Shown one piece after another: positions 45,496-54,485 of a stretch of 64,000 nt of DNA. The notes under the pieces were generated by a model that saw nothing but the letters and a program-made list of their open reading frames with translations, was not told where the DNA came from and searched no databases. Position numbers and translations under genes: made by a program. The stretch is from the NCBI GenBank assembly GCA_001794025.1, contig MGJA01000003.1, positions 12,909 through 76,908 of the forward strand, written 5' to 3'. Positions within the stretch are counted from its first letter, which is position 1. Every line of letters begins with the position of its first letter. The DNA comes from Candidatus Yanofskybacteria bacterium RIFCSPHIGHO2_01_FULL_41_21. Lineage in GTDB: Bacteria > Patescibacteriota > Minisyncoccia > 2-02-FULL-40-12 > GWA2-44-9.

Positions 45496-46053
45496 ATGGA
45501 TGACCATAAGAAGAATTTCTTATTGCAGGACTTTGCCATAATTGTCCTAAGCGTTTTAGTGGCGGTTACTTTAGTTAGGACCGAGGTTTTGGTCAAATTA
45601 TTAACATCCACGAAAGAATTGGAGATATTGGGCAGTTTTATAGCTGGGATGTTTTTTACCTCTATTTTTACCACCGCGCCGGCAATCATTACTCTTGGGG
45701 AGATTGCTAATGCAAATTCGGTCTTGCTAGTGGCCTTTTTTGGAGGTCTAGGTGCGATTGTCGGTGATCTTATTATTTTCCGTTTTGTCCGTGACAGATT
45801 GGCGGAGCATCTTCTGGAATTGGTTAAACACCAAGGAACTGGAAAACGATTCAGGGTTTTATTAAGAATGAAATATTTTAGATGGTTTACGTTTTTATTA
45901 GGAGGCCTGATAATCGCCTCACCATTTCCCGACGAATTGGGGATCGGCTTGATGGGTTTTACTAAACTTCGCTTGTCATGGTTTATTCCTCTATCATTCA
46001 CCTTCAATTTCATCGGCATCTTAATAATCGGACTGGTCGCCAAGGCCTTCTAA
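45496..46053 (+). CDS. Hypothetical membrane protein (185 aa)
   Basis: Multi-TM. Preferred over the K/R-rich antisense ORF 45435-46043. Confidence 0.45.
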   Translation: MDDHKKNFLLQDFAIIVLSVLVAVTLVRTEVLVKLLTSTKELEILGSFIAGMFFTSIFTTAPAIITLGEIANANSVLLVAFFGGLGAIVGDLIIFRFVRDRLAEHLLELVKHQGTGKRFRVLLRMKYFRWFTFLLGGLIIASPFPDELGIGLMGFTKLRLSWFIPLSFTFNFIGILIIGLVAKAF

Positions 46054-46071
46054 TCTAAACAATCTAATCCA

Positions 46072-46860
46072 ATGAATAACTTACTGATTGGGGTTTTTGA
46101 TTCTGGGGTGGGGGGATTGAGTATTTTGAAAGAACTTCAAAATCGTTTGTCTGATGAGAGTTTTTTGTTTTTTGCGGACCAGAAAAATGTGCCTTATGGC
46201 GGAAAGAGCAAAGAAGAATTGGTGACTTTAACTTCAAAAATAATGGAATTTTTGACGGCCCGTAAAATAAAAATGGTGGTTATTGCCTGTAACACCGCCA
46301 CCTGTTATGCACTTGAAGAATTACGAAATAATTTTCCTTTGCCTATCGTCGGTGTTGTGCCAGCCATAAAGCCGGCTGTTGAACAGACCAAGGTCGGCAA
46401 GATTGCCCTTATATCCACGCCAGCAACGGCCCAAAGCCAATACGTGACAGATTTAATAAATAAATACGCAAACAACGTAGAGGTTTTAAGAATTGGTTGC
46501 GCGGGTTTGGAAGATGTTGTGGAGACGGGTAAATTGCACGGACCAAAGACATCCGAATTGCTCAATAAATATGTCGCCCCGCTAAAAAAAGAGGGAATAG
46601 ATCAACTTGTATTGGGATGCACCCATTATCCTTTTCTTAAAGAAGAAATCGTCAGTATTCTTGGGCCGACGGTTACTCTTGTTGATTCCGGTCGGGCTGT
46701 GGCTAATCGGGTGGAGCATCTGTTAGATGAGAACAACCTTAGAAACACCTCCGGAAAACAAACAAACAGGTTCTTTACAAACAAAGATGCCGATGATTTT
46801 TCCAGAGTGGCCTCTGAATTACTTGGCTATAAAGTTGAGGCACAATACGCCTCGGTCTAG
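46072..46860 (+). CDS. murI: Glutamate racemase
   Basis: VFDSGVGGLSIL, IACNTA, LGCTHYP motifs. Confidence 0.9.
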   Translation: MNNLLIGVFDSGVGGLSILKELQNRLSDESFLFFADQKNVPYGGKSKEELVTLTSKIMEFLTARKIKMVVIACNTATCYALEELRNNFPLPIVGVVPAIKPAVEQTKVGKIALISTPATAQSQYVTDLINKYANNVEVLRIGCAGLEDVVETGKLHGPKTSELLNKYVAPLKKEGIDQLVLGCTHYPFLKEEIVSILGPTVTLVDSGRAVANRVEHLLDENNLRNTSGKQTNRFFTNKDADDFSRVASELLGYKVEAQYASV

Positions 46861-46872
46861 TGGCGAATTTGG

Positions 46873-47562
46873 TTATTGATAGTCAGGCGAGTTGCGATAG
46901 ACGAATTTTTTAAATTTAGACCAAGTGGTCTTTGGTTTTTTGATGACTTGAATAACCTTGCCGTTGACGAGGTAGTTATCCATGTCATCGCGGTGAATGA
47001 AGATGGGGGAGAAACTGGCGCTGGATTCGGAAAGAAGGATAATACGTTTATTGTCGGTGTCTTTAAAATAGCGTTTAATGTTGGCCATGCCATCAATGAT
47101 AGACAGAACATAGTCGCCATTTTTTATAACCGTACAGGTCGGGTCTACAAGAACATAGTCGCCATCTTCAACCGAAAGACCGTTAATGTTGGCCTTATTC
47201 ATGGAATGGCCGGAGGCCTTGATGGCGAAGATGCCTTTTTTCTTGCTTAGTAGTTTACCTGAAACTCGGAGATAACCTTCGGCTTCTTGGTCGGCATACG
47301 CTGTGGCCGGGCCGCAATTGGCGGTGCCCAAGATTGGTATGGCGAGGAGGGAGCTTTTGGCGGTGAGGCCGGGGCGGGTCTTGACCATGACTTTGGTGAG
47401 GCGATCCAATTGAATGAGACCATTTTTCTCAAGCTGAAGGATGTGGTGTTTGATTTTCTGGGGTGATGTTTCATTGATGTATTTTCCTATTTCCCGCAAA
47501 CTCATGTCGGCGATATTTTCCTTTCCGGCTAACGCTAATATTTTTTCTTGTAAGATGTGCAT
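46873..47562 (-). CDS. lexA: LexA repressor (wHTH + S24 peptidase)
   Basis: N-terminal wHTH, cleavage-site region AIPILGTANCGPA, and catalytic S/K (GHSM...K). Confidence 0.8.
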   Translation of the reverse strand: MHILQEKILALAGKENIADMSLREIGKYINETSPQKIKHHILQLEKNGLIQLDRLTKVMVKTRPGLTAKSSLLAIPILGTANCGPATAYADQEAEGYLRVSGKLLSKKKGIFAIKASGHSMNKANINGLSVEDGDYVLVDPTCTVIKNGDYVLSIIDGMANIKRYFKDTDNKRIILLSESSASFSPIFIHRDDMDNYLVNGKVIQVIKKPKTTWSKFKKFVYRNSPDYQ

Positions 47563-47581
47563 CAGGTAGTAGAGATTCGAC

Positions 47582-47794
47582 TTACCGCAATAGGTAATCC
47601 CGTAACCTCCGTTTAATCAATCTCGAACCTTGATTTGTTTTTAAATACTCTTCTCTGCGCTGTGCATCATTAAATTTTAGACACGCTTCACAATAAATAA
47701 TGTGCCACGGTCTACCAGATTTAGTTGACCTATTGCGGCCTTGATTATGTTCCGATAATCTTCTCTCTAGATTAACAGTGTATCCGATATACAA
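47582..47794 (-). CDS. GIY-YIG nuclease-family small protein (YhbQ-like); likely extends upstream to ~47839 with a non-canonical start
   Basis: Annotated from TTG. The in-frame upstream sequence encodes FHYVYILENKDRELYIGYT (complete GIY-YIG motif) back to a TGA, with no ATG/GTG/TTG; only ATT/ATA are available. Confidence 0.55.
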   Translation of the reverse strand: MYIGYTVNLERRLSEHNQGRNRSTKSGRPWHIIYCEACLKFNDAQRREEYLKTNQGSRLIKRRLRDYLLR

Positions 47795-48033
47795 TTCTCT
47801 ATCTTTGTTTTCTAAGATATAAACGTAGTGGAATATAATCTTGTCGAATCTTCACTACCTGACTATGTGTCAAGTATATCATTTTGAGTTGTCCACAGTC
47901 AAATGGACACTCTTGACAGGTTGTTCACTTTGATAAAATTAAGATCCTTCCCTGTAACAATTTCTGAGGTCTTGCGTCTTAACTGTAAAGCAATTTAATT
48001 AAGACGAGGTCTGTACTTGTCCCTATAATATAT

Positions 48034-48186
48034 ATGGGAGACGGTAACAACGATGGTGGGACGAACACAATATTGATAGTGATAGTAATTTTAGCAGTAG
48101 TTGGTTTTGGTGTTTGGTGGATTACTACTAATAATGCTAAGCCAAGTGGAGCTGATATCAATATAACTCTACCAACCAGTAATTAA
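48034..48186 (+). CDS. Possible small TM peptide (50 aa: MGDGNNDGGTNTILIVIVILAVVGFGVWW...)
   Basis: Unannotated ORF with TATAAT directly upstream (leaderless?); one hydrophobic helix. Confidence 0.25.
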   Translation: MGDGNNDGGTNTILIVIVILAVVGFGVWWITTNNAKPSGADINITLPTSN

Positions 48187-48276
48187 AGTAGACAGATAAA
48201 CAAGACCCCGGAATATATATTCCGGGGTCTTGTTTTAGTTAGGTCTTCTTTTGAAAAGGCGGTATAATGAGGAGGT

Positions 48277-50622
48277 ATGGCTGACGTGGAAAATATTAAA
48301 AAATATGTGCGGGCGGCGAATTATATTTCGGCCGTTCAGATTTATTTGCGAGACAATTTTTTGTTGGAAAATAAACTTTCGTCGGATGATATAAAACCCC
48401 GACTGCTTGGTCACTGGGGGACTTGTCCCGGGATTAATTTTTTATACGCTAATCTTAATTATTTAATCAAGAAGCATGGCATTGATATGATGTTTGTGTT
48501 GGGTCCCGGTCATGGTTTTCCTGCTTTACAAGCCAATTTGTATTTGGAGGGTACGTTGCAGAAATTTTATCCTAATGCGACGTCAAGCCAAGACGGTCTG
48601 GGATATTTGGCGAGTAATTTCAGTTGGCCTTATGGTTTTCCTAGTCATTCCAATCCCGGCGCGCCGGGGGTGATTCTGGAAGGCGGGGAACTGGGATATT
48701 CGCTTTCAACTTCATATGGTGCGGTGCTTGATAACCCCGACCTGATTGTGACTTGTCTGATTGGCGACGGCGAAGCCGAAACGGGTCCGACGGGGACGGC
48801 TTGGCATTTAAATAAATTTGTTGACTCGGCCGGAAATGGCGCGGTTTTGCCGGTGTTGCATTTGAATGGCTACAAAATTTCCGGACCGACGGTATTTGGT
48901 CGGATGTCCAACCGTGAGTTAAAATCGTTATTCTACGGTTATGGTTACGAACCATTCATTGTTGAAGGCACCGACAAGGTTATTTATGAAAAGATGGTTG
49001 CGACTTTAGAAACGGCCTATCAAAAAATACGGTCCATCCAAACCCAAGCTCGAAGCGGTCAGGCAGTGGTATCGCCTCGTTTGCCGATGATTATTCTGCG
49101 AACGCCCAAGGGCTGGACGGGAATTAAAAAATTAAAAGGCGAAAAAATAGAAGGCAACGCCTTGTCGCATCAGGTGGTGGCGCCTTTGGCTAAAACCGAT
49201 AAATCCGAATTAAAGGCCGTAGAAAAATGGCTTCGTTCATACAAATTTGAAGAATTATTCAGTTCCGGTGATGGTTTCAATGATGAAATTAAATCCCTTA
49301 TTCCCGATGAAGGATTTAAAATGGGTTCAAACAAGCACGCTTTCGGGGGAGAGGTTACGAAGGACTTGATTCTGCCGAAAGTTGAAGAATTTATGGAAGA
49401 CGCTTCTGTTCCCGGAACAATTGGTTCAAGTAGTATGGTTCGGACGGGATTGTATCTAAATGAAGTTTTTAAACTCAATAAAGACCAGGCAAACTTTCGG
49501 TTGTTTTCACCAGACGAAACGTATTCCAATAAGCTCCACACCGTTTTTCAGACCACGGCACGGGCCTTTACTTGGCCGATAAAAGAATGGGACAAAGATA
49601 TGACGCCATCGGGACGGGTGATTGAAATGTTGAGCGAACATTCCTTGCAAGGATTGATGCAGGGCTACGCCCTGACGGGCCGATACGGCATCTTTGCGAC
49701 CTATGAGGCCTTCGTCCAAATTGTCTCAAGTATGATAGACCAGTACGCGAAATTTTTAAAACAAGCCCGAGAGTTCCCGTGGCGAGGGGATGTGCCATCC
49801 GTTAATTATATTTTGACGGCTTCCGGTTGGCGTCAAGAACATAATGGTTTTTCTCATCAGAATCCGGGATTTATTGACGATGTTCTCCAAAAAAATGGTT
49901 GTTACACCCATGTTTACTTTCCGCCCGATGGGAATACGACCTTAGCCGTGCTGGAGCGATGTCTAACTTCAAAAAACGGAATCAATGTCATCGTGGCTGG
50001 TAAGACGCTTGAGCCCCGCTGGTTAACGCCCGAGTTGGCTCAACGACAATTGGAACAGGGAATGATGATTTGGGATTTCGCTAGCGAGGATAATCCCGAT
50101 ATCGTCTTTAGCTCTGCTGGCGAATATTTAACCAAGGAAGCCCTAGCGGCGATTGATGATATTAAATTACATACTCCGGAAGTGCGGATTCGTTTTGTAA
50201 GTATTCTTGAACTGACCTCAATCGGCATAGGCAATGCTGAATGCAGAATTCCATTGAATTTTGACGAATTCTTTACTCATGATAAACCCGTGATATTTAA
50301 TTTTCACGGTTACCCGCAAACATTAAAACAAATCCTTTTTGACACAGGAGAAAAAAGTGAACGTTTTTCGGTGCATGGCTACATTGAAAATGGTTCAACG
50401 ACGACACCGTTTGACATGCATATCCGCAATGAGACGAGTCGCTATCATTTAGTAATTGACGCCTATGAAAAATTAGCGAAAAATGGTGTTGTAGAACAAA
50501 GTAAGGCCGACGATATTATTGCCCAATACAAAACAAAAATTAAACAACACGGCGAGTTTATCCGCCAGAACGGTGTTGACCCCGAAGAAATAGAACAATG
50601 GCAATGGACAAAAAAATCTTAG
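48277..50622 (+). CDS. xfp: Xylulose-5-P/fructose-6-P phosphoketolase
   Basis: GHWGTCPG and EGGELGY signatures of XFP. Confidence 0.9.
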   Translation: MADVENIKKYVRAANYISAVQIYLRDNFLLENKLSSDDIKPRLLGHWGTCPGINFLYANLNYLIKKHGIDMMFVLGPGHGFPALQANLYLEGTLQKFYPNATSSQDGLGYLASNFSWPYGFPSHSNPGAPGVILEGGELGYSLSTSYGAVLDNPDLIVTCLIGDGEAETGPTGTAWHLNKFVDSAGNGAVLPVLHLNGYKISGPTVFGRMSNRELKSLFYGYGYEPFIVEGTDKVIYEKMVATLETAYQKIRSIQTQARSGQAVVSPRLPMIILRTPKGWTGIKKLKGEKIEGNALSHQVVAPLAKTDKSELKAVEKWLRSYKFEELFSSGDGFNDEIKSLIPDEGFKMGSNKHAFGGEVTKDLILPKVEEFMEDASVPGTIGSSSMVRTGLYLNEVFKLNKDQANFRLFSPDETYSNKLHTVFQTTARAFTWPIKEWDKDMTPSGRVIEMLSEHSLQGLMQGYALTGRYGIFATYEAFVQIVSSMIDQYAKFLKQAREFPWRGDVPSVNYILTASGWRQEHNGFSHQNPGFIDDVLQKNGCYTHVYFPPDGNTTLAVLERCLTSKNGINVIVAGKTLEPRWLTPELAQRQLEQGMMIWDFASEDNPDIVFSSAGEYLTKEALAAIDDIKLHTPEVRIRFVSILELTSIGIGNAECRIPLNFDEFFTHDKPVIFNFHGYPQTLKQILFDTGEKSERFSVHGYIENGSTTTPFDMHIRNETSRYHLVIDAYEKLAKNGVVEQSKADDIIAQYKTKIKQHGEFIRQNGVDPEEIEQWQWTKKS

Positions 50623-51722
50623 TTATTAATATCGGGAGTGCTTCCAAGAAATGCGGGCTCTATAGCGAGTCCGAACTTTGTAGTGTTCATATGGAAAAAA
50701 CCAGCGATGGTTATATCGGGACAATTAAAGTAGGTGACAATAAAGAGGATGTCCAGATTATCCAAACCGATTATGATGATGTGGGCGCTTATTTAATGCG
50801 GGTAGCTGGAGAAAAAAATATCGCCCAAATAAGTGACGTCAATAAAATTGGTCTGCGAGTTGTCGCGCCGGGTGCATTTTTCCAGGAAGATAAAATTATT
50901 GATGATAATTATATTCAAGCTCTAACTCTCGCCCAAGAGATGGCCCCATTGCATATTACGCCGGTTCTTGAAGAATTAAATAAAATAAAGATGTGGTCCG
51001 ATGATATTTCGCTCCTAGGAATCTCCGATAGTGTTTTTTATAAAGATATGCCGACCGAAGCCAAACTTTATGGTTTACCAAAAGAGTTGGCCGAAGAACA
51101 TGGAATTTATCGTTATGGTTATCACGGTATTTCCATGAGTTCGGTTTTGGACAAGATCAAAGAATTAAAAGGGGATGTTCCTGAAAAAATTATTATCTGT
51201 CATCTTGGAAGCGGTTCAACTGTTACGGCTTTGAAAAATGGTCAGCCCGTTGATACTTCCATGGGCTTTACGCCTCTGGAAGGTGTGCCCATGGGTTCGC
51301 GGGTGGGCAATATTGATGCCGGAGCGGTGTTATATCTTTTAAAAAAAGGTGGCCTGGACGCGAGCACGCTTGAAGAAATGTTATACAAAAAATCGGGCTT
51401 ACTGGGCTTGAGTGGTAAGACGCCATTCGTTAAAGAACTTATTGATTTAGAAAAAGCGGGGGATATTGGCGCCGGGGAAGCCCTGACTGTCTTTACACGA
51501 GCTGTCAAAAAATATATCGGCGCCTATTCCGCTATTCTTGGCGGTCTTGATTTGCTTGTTTTTACGGCCACCATTGGTGAACGTTCCGAATATATCCGTG
51601 CCAAGATTTGTTCCGGTCTAGAACATCTTAATATCTCTTTGGATAGTCCCAAGGTAGTCGTCATCCCCACTAACGAAATGGCTGAGATGGCTAAACGGGC
51701 TATATACACTTCGGGGAATTAG
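50598..51722 (+). CDS. ackA: Acetate kinase
   Basis: ILVINIGSAS (N-terminal ATP site), YGYHGIS, VICHLGSG(S) motifs. Overlaps the xfp end. Confidence 0.85.
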   Translation: MAMDKKILVINIGSASKKCGLYSESELCSVHMEKTSDGYIGTIKVGDNKEDVQIIQTDYDDVGAYLMRVAGEKNIAQISDVNKIGLRVVAPGAFFQEDKIIDDNYIQALTLAQEMAPLHITPVLEELNKIKMWSDDISLLGISDSVFYKDMPTEAKLYGLPKELAEEHGIYRYGYHGISMSSVLDKIKELKGDVPEKIIICHLGSGSTVTALKNGQPVDTSMGFTPLEGVPMGSRVGNIDAGAVLYLLKKGGLDASTLEEMLYKKSGLLGLSGKTPFVKELIDLEKAGDIGAGEALTVFTRAVKKYIGAYSAILGGLDLLVFTATIGERSEYIRAKICSGLEHLNISLDSPKVVVIPTNEMAEMAKRAIYTSGN

Positions 51723-51821
51723 TGTTATACTTAATTCAAGCAAAATACTTATTTCTAAAGAAGAATAGTCGAACTTCCTCAATAGTTAAATTTGCGAATT
51801 CAACTATTAACGTACACATCT

Positions 51822-52049
51822 ATGCAAAATGGAACTATCAAGCGACTTGTCATGGAAAAGGGATTTGGTTTCATCACCCCTGATGACAAATCAATCTTGC
51901 CAGCAGGTAAAGAAGATTTGTTCTTCCACAACTCAGGAGTTGTTGAAGGCACCATCGATGCTCTCAAAGAAGGCCAGCGCGTATCTTTTGAGGTCGATAA
52001 TTCAGACCCGGTCAAAGGCATAAAAGCCGTCAGCGTAAAGGGCGAGTAA
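51822..52049 (+). CDS. csp: Cold-shock domain protein
   Basis: KGFGFITPDD RNP1-like motif, FFH (RNP2), EGQRVSFEV. The track ORF start at 51792 is an upstream extension. Confidence 0.7.
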   Translation: MQNGTIKRLVMEKGFGFITPDDKSILPAGKEDLFFHNSGVVEGTIDALKEGQRVSFEVDNSDPVKGIKAVSVKGE

Positions 52050-52059
52050 GAAAAATTAA

Positions 52060-52089
52060 AAACCGTCCGCCTCTGGTGGGCGGTTTTTA
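52060..52089. terminator. Intrinsic terminator after csp
   Basis: AAACCGTCCGCC TCTGGTG GGCGGTTTTT. Confidence 0.55.
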
Positions 52090-52157
52090 GTTTTTGTTGA
52101 TAACAATAGTTGCGCCAATTTGTTGAAGTTATATTATTAAAGTAATAAGTATCCACC

Positions 52158-52853
52158 ATGGTTCAACATGGAATCAATCAACGTAAAAATTTGGCTATGT
52201 CCCTGCGGAGGGGCGGATATTCTTATTCAGAAATTCAAAAATTTGTCTCTGTGCCCAAGGCGACATTGTCTTATTGGTTTAAAGACATAAAATTATCGGA
52301 GGCGCAGTTAGTTCGGCTTCAAAAAAAACGAAATGATGCCATTCAGGAGGGAGCCCAAATTCGTTCTAAACGGGTCAACGAAGCCATTGAAAAAATTGAG
52401 AGGACTTCAGCCAAAGATATCAAAGATATTTCCAAAAGAGAGTTATGGTTGATGGGCGTCATGCTTTATTGGCGGGAAAGGGTTAGTGATAGAGATGTCA
52501 AAAAGGGTGTTAAATTTACTAGCTCGGACCCGCATCTGATTAGATTATTTTTGAAGTGGCTGATGGAGGTTGGTCAGCTCGGGGAGGCCGATGTTTTGTG
52601 TGATATTTTAATTGAGGGTGACAAAGACCTGCCTGCCGGCAGGCAGGAAAAAGCCATCAGTTATTGGTCGGAGGTGACGAGTTTTCCACAGACAGTATTT
52701 ACCCGAGTATACGTCCAAAAGACCAAGAAAAAAAGGAAAAAACGAGAGACAAAAAAGGCCGAGTTTGGTCTCTTGAGAATTAGGGTAAAAGCCAGTTCAA
52801 TGTTGGCTCGGCAATTATCCGGTTGGATCATGGCTATCCAGAATAAAATTTAG
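52158..52853 (+). CDS. Hypothetical HTH-domain protein (231 aa) carrying an in-frame 20-bp palindrome insertion (LPAGRQ)
   Basis: HTH-like GYSYSEIQKFVSVPKATLSYWF. K/R-rich C-terminus. Palindrome CCTGCCTGCCGGCAGGCAGG at 52628-52647. Confidence 0.5.
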   Translation: MVQHGINQRKNLAMSLRRGGYSYSEIQKFVSVPKATLSYWFKDIKLSEAQLVRLQKKRNDAIQEGAQIRSKRVNEAIEKIERTSAKDIKDISKRELWLMGVMLYWRERVSDRDVKKGVKFTSSDPHLIRLFLKWLMEVGQLGEADVLCDILIEGDKDLPAGRQEKAISYWSEVTSFPQTVFTRVYVQKTKKKRKKRETKKAEFGLLRIRVKASSMLARQLSGWIMAIQNKI

Positions 52854-53088
52854 TAAACATTACTAAGATTATATTAACCATTAGTAATGTTTATAAAGAA
52901 GCGTTGTGTTGCCTTGATTCATTAACTTAAGAAGAATATAATCTATTTATACATGAGAAAAACACTTATCTTTTTAGTCGTTGTAGTCATAGTCATTGTG
53001 ACTGTGGTTTTGGTTATGACTAGGTATGCTACGGCGCCAGGGAATACACCCGTTTTAACGTCACCATCAGTCCAACAATAACAATAAT

Positions 53089-53193
53089 CCCGTTAGAAAT
53101 TAACCCTATGGGAATACCACATAAATCTTTAATCAAACTACTTGCCAGTTCCACAGTGCAAAGTGGTGGATGGTTTGTAGAATTTCTAACGGG
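53089..53193 (+). repeat. Palindrome-ended element copy 2 (CCCGTTAGAAATT...AATTTCTAACGGG), abutting the ATG at 53194
   Basis: 13-bp terminal inverted repeats. Interior differs from copies 1 and 3. Confidence 0.6.
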
Positions 53194-53778
53194 ATGAAAT
53201 TATCCATGCCCCACATTCCTAAACTTTTTATTCCGCTCGCTTTTGTTATGGCCATGTCTATGGGATTGGTTTATGTTGTTGTCCAGCAAAATTTTAGAGC
53301 GAATGCGAATGACCCCCAGATTCAATTGGTTGAAGATTTAGTGGAACAACTATCAGCCGGTCGAACCGTGGAGTCCATTAATACAAGCGCTGGGGTTGAT
53401 ATGGCCCAGAGCTTGTCCCTCTTTCTTTTTATTTATGATGAGACCGGTAAAATGGTTGTCGGTACAGGTAAGCTTGATGGTCAGTATCCAACCTTACCGG
53501 ATGGTGTTTTGGAACGTGCCAAAGAGGTCGGTGAGAACAGAATTACCTGGGAACCTCAATCCGGTTTACGATTTGCGTTGGTTATTATTCCGTTTAGTGG
53601 GGATCAATCAGGATTCGTTGCTATTGGACGTTCCCTTCGAGAAGTTGAACAACGGATAGACATGCTTGGTCTCCAAGTGTTGGTTGTCTGGCTTATCGGT
53701 CTTCTCGGGTTATTTATTCTGATGGTTGGTGGAAAAATTATTTTTTCCAGATACTTTTCCAGTAAACAAATCGTATAA
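53170..53778 (+). CDS. Hypothetical membrane/secreted protein
   Basis: N-terminal TM and C-terminal TM. Alternative start ATG 53194 immediately after the element 3' arm, as for the other copies. Confidence 0.5.
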   Translation: MVCRISNGMKLSMPHIPKLFIPLAFVMAMSMGLVYVVVQQNFRANANDPQIQLVEDLVEQLSAGRTVESINTSAGVDMAQSLSLFLFIYDETGKMVVGTGKLDGQYPTLPDGVLERAKEVGENRITWEPQSGLRFALVIIPFSGDQSGFVAIGRSLREVEQRIDMLGLQVLVVWLIGLLGLFILMVGGKIIFSRYFSSKQIV

Positions 53779-53933
53779 TTCTCCCCATGATCAGGTAGTG
53801 AAAATCCGACAGGGTTACATCTAGCGCCTGTCGTATAATTTACTATTCTGGTAATGTTTGACCTATTTAAATTAATTCGTACTCTGCGTATTCAGGTGCA
53901 ACCTGAGGCGCATGTCGGATTTCTACTACCTGG

Positions 53934-54368
53934 ATGATTACCATTGATGATTTTAAAAAGATAGAACTTAAAGTTGGTCGTGTTTTAAACGCTGAACCAA
54001 TTGAAGGTTCGGAAAAATTGTTAAAGTTGCAAGTTGATTTAGGAGAGCCAAACCTGCCTGCCGGCAGGCAGGTTTTAGCGGGCATTGCTAAACATTATCA
54101 ACCGAGTGAACTTGTCGGTCGCCAAATTGTGATTATCGCTAATCTTGAACCTCGGATTTTCAATATTAATATAAAGAATGATGGTCCCGTTAGAAGTAAG
54201 ACGCCAGAGGCGTCTGCCGACCATGCCTCCGATGCAGGTCGGACTTCTAACGGGATGGAATCTAACGGTATGGTTTTGGCAGCATCGGGTCCGGCAACTG
54301 CCGGAGGTGAGCTCGTTTCCATACTTATGCCCGACAAAGAGTTACCTCCCGGATCAAGTGTTCGATAG
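53934..54368 (+). CDS. CsaA/Trbp111-like tRNA-binding domain protein, interrupted in frame by two palindromic insertions
   Basis: IDDFKKIELKVGRVLNAEPIEGSEKLLKLQVDLGE...VIIANLEPR...MESNGMVLAAS tRNA-binding fold. 26-bp palindrome at 54050-54075. Element copy at 54186-54254 adds PVRSKTPEASADHASDAGRTSNG. Confidence 0.65.
   Translation: MITIDDFKKIELKVGRVLNAEPIEGSEKLLKLQVDLGEPNLPAGRQVLAGIAKHYQPSELVGRQIVIIANLEPRIFNINIKNDGPVRSKTPEASADHASDAGRTSNGMESNGMVLAASGPATAGGELVSILMPDKELPPGSSVR
54186..54254 (+). repeat. Palindrome-ended element copy 4 (CCCGTTAGAAGT...ACTTCTAACGGG) inserted in frame inside a CDS
   Basis: 12-bp perfect TIRs. 69 nt = 23 codons; the reading frame is maintained. Confidence 0.7.
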
Positions 54369-54416
54369 TGGTTGTTTTTATTTAAATTTGTTATATTAGG
54401 ACTAAGATTTACGTAT

Positions 54417-54484
54417 CCCGTTAGAAGTCCCGCTCGCGACCTAGTCGCGAGTCCGGAGGACCTTGGCGGGGCTACTTCTAACGG
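54417..54484 (+). ncRNA. Palindrome-ended structured element copy 3, abutting the ATG at 54486
   Basis: CCCGTTAGAAGT/ACTTCTAACGG outer stem, CGCTCGCGAC-CTA-GTCGCGAG hairpin, and GAGTCCGGAGGACCTTGGCGGGG. Covaries with copy 1. Confidence 0.5.
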
Positions 54485-54485
54485 T

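Noticed and set aside
45435-46043. 202-aa minus-strand ORF opposite the 45496-46053 membrane protein
   Set aside because: K/R/S-rich low-complexity translation, antisense to a plausible multi-TM protein that is co-directional with its neighbours.
51890-51915. Possible third LPAG-type palindromic insertion in the cold-shock protein (SILPAGKE)
   Set aside because: The DNA (CTTGCCAGCAGGTAAAG) is not the 20-bp palindrome. Only a partial amino-acid resemblance, likely coincidence.
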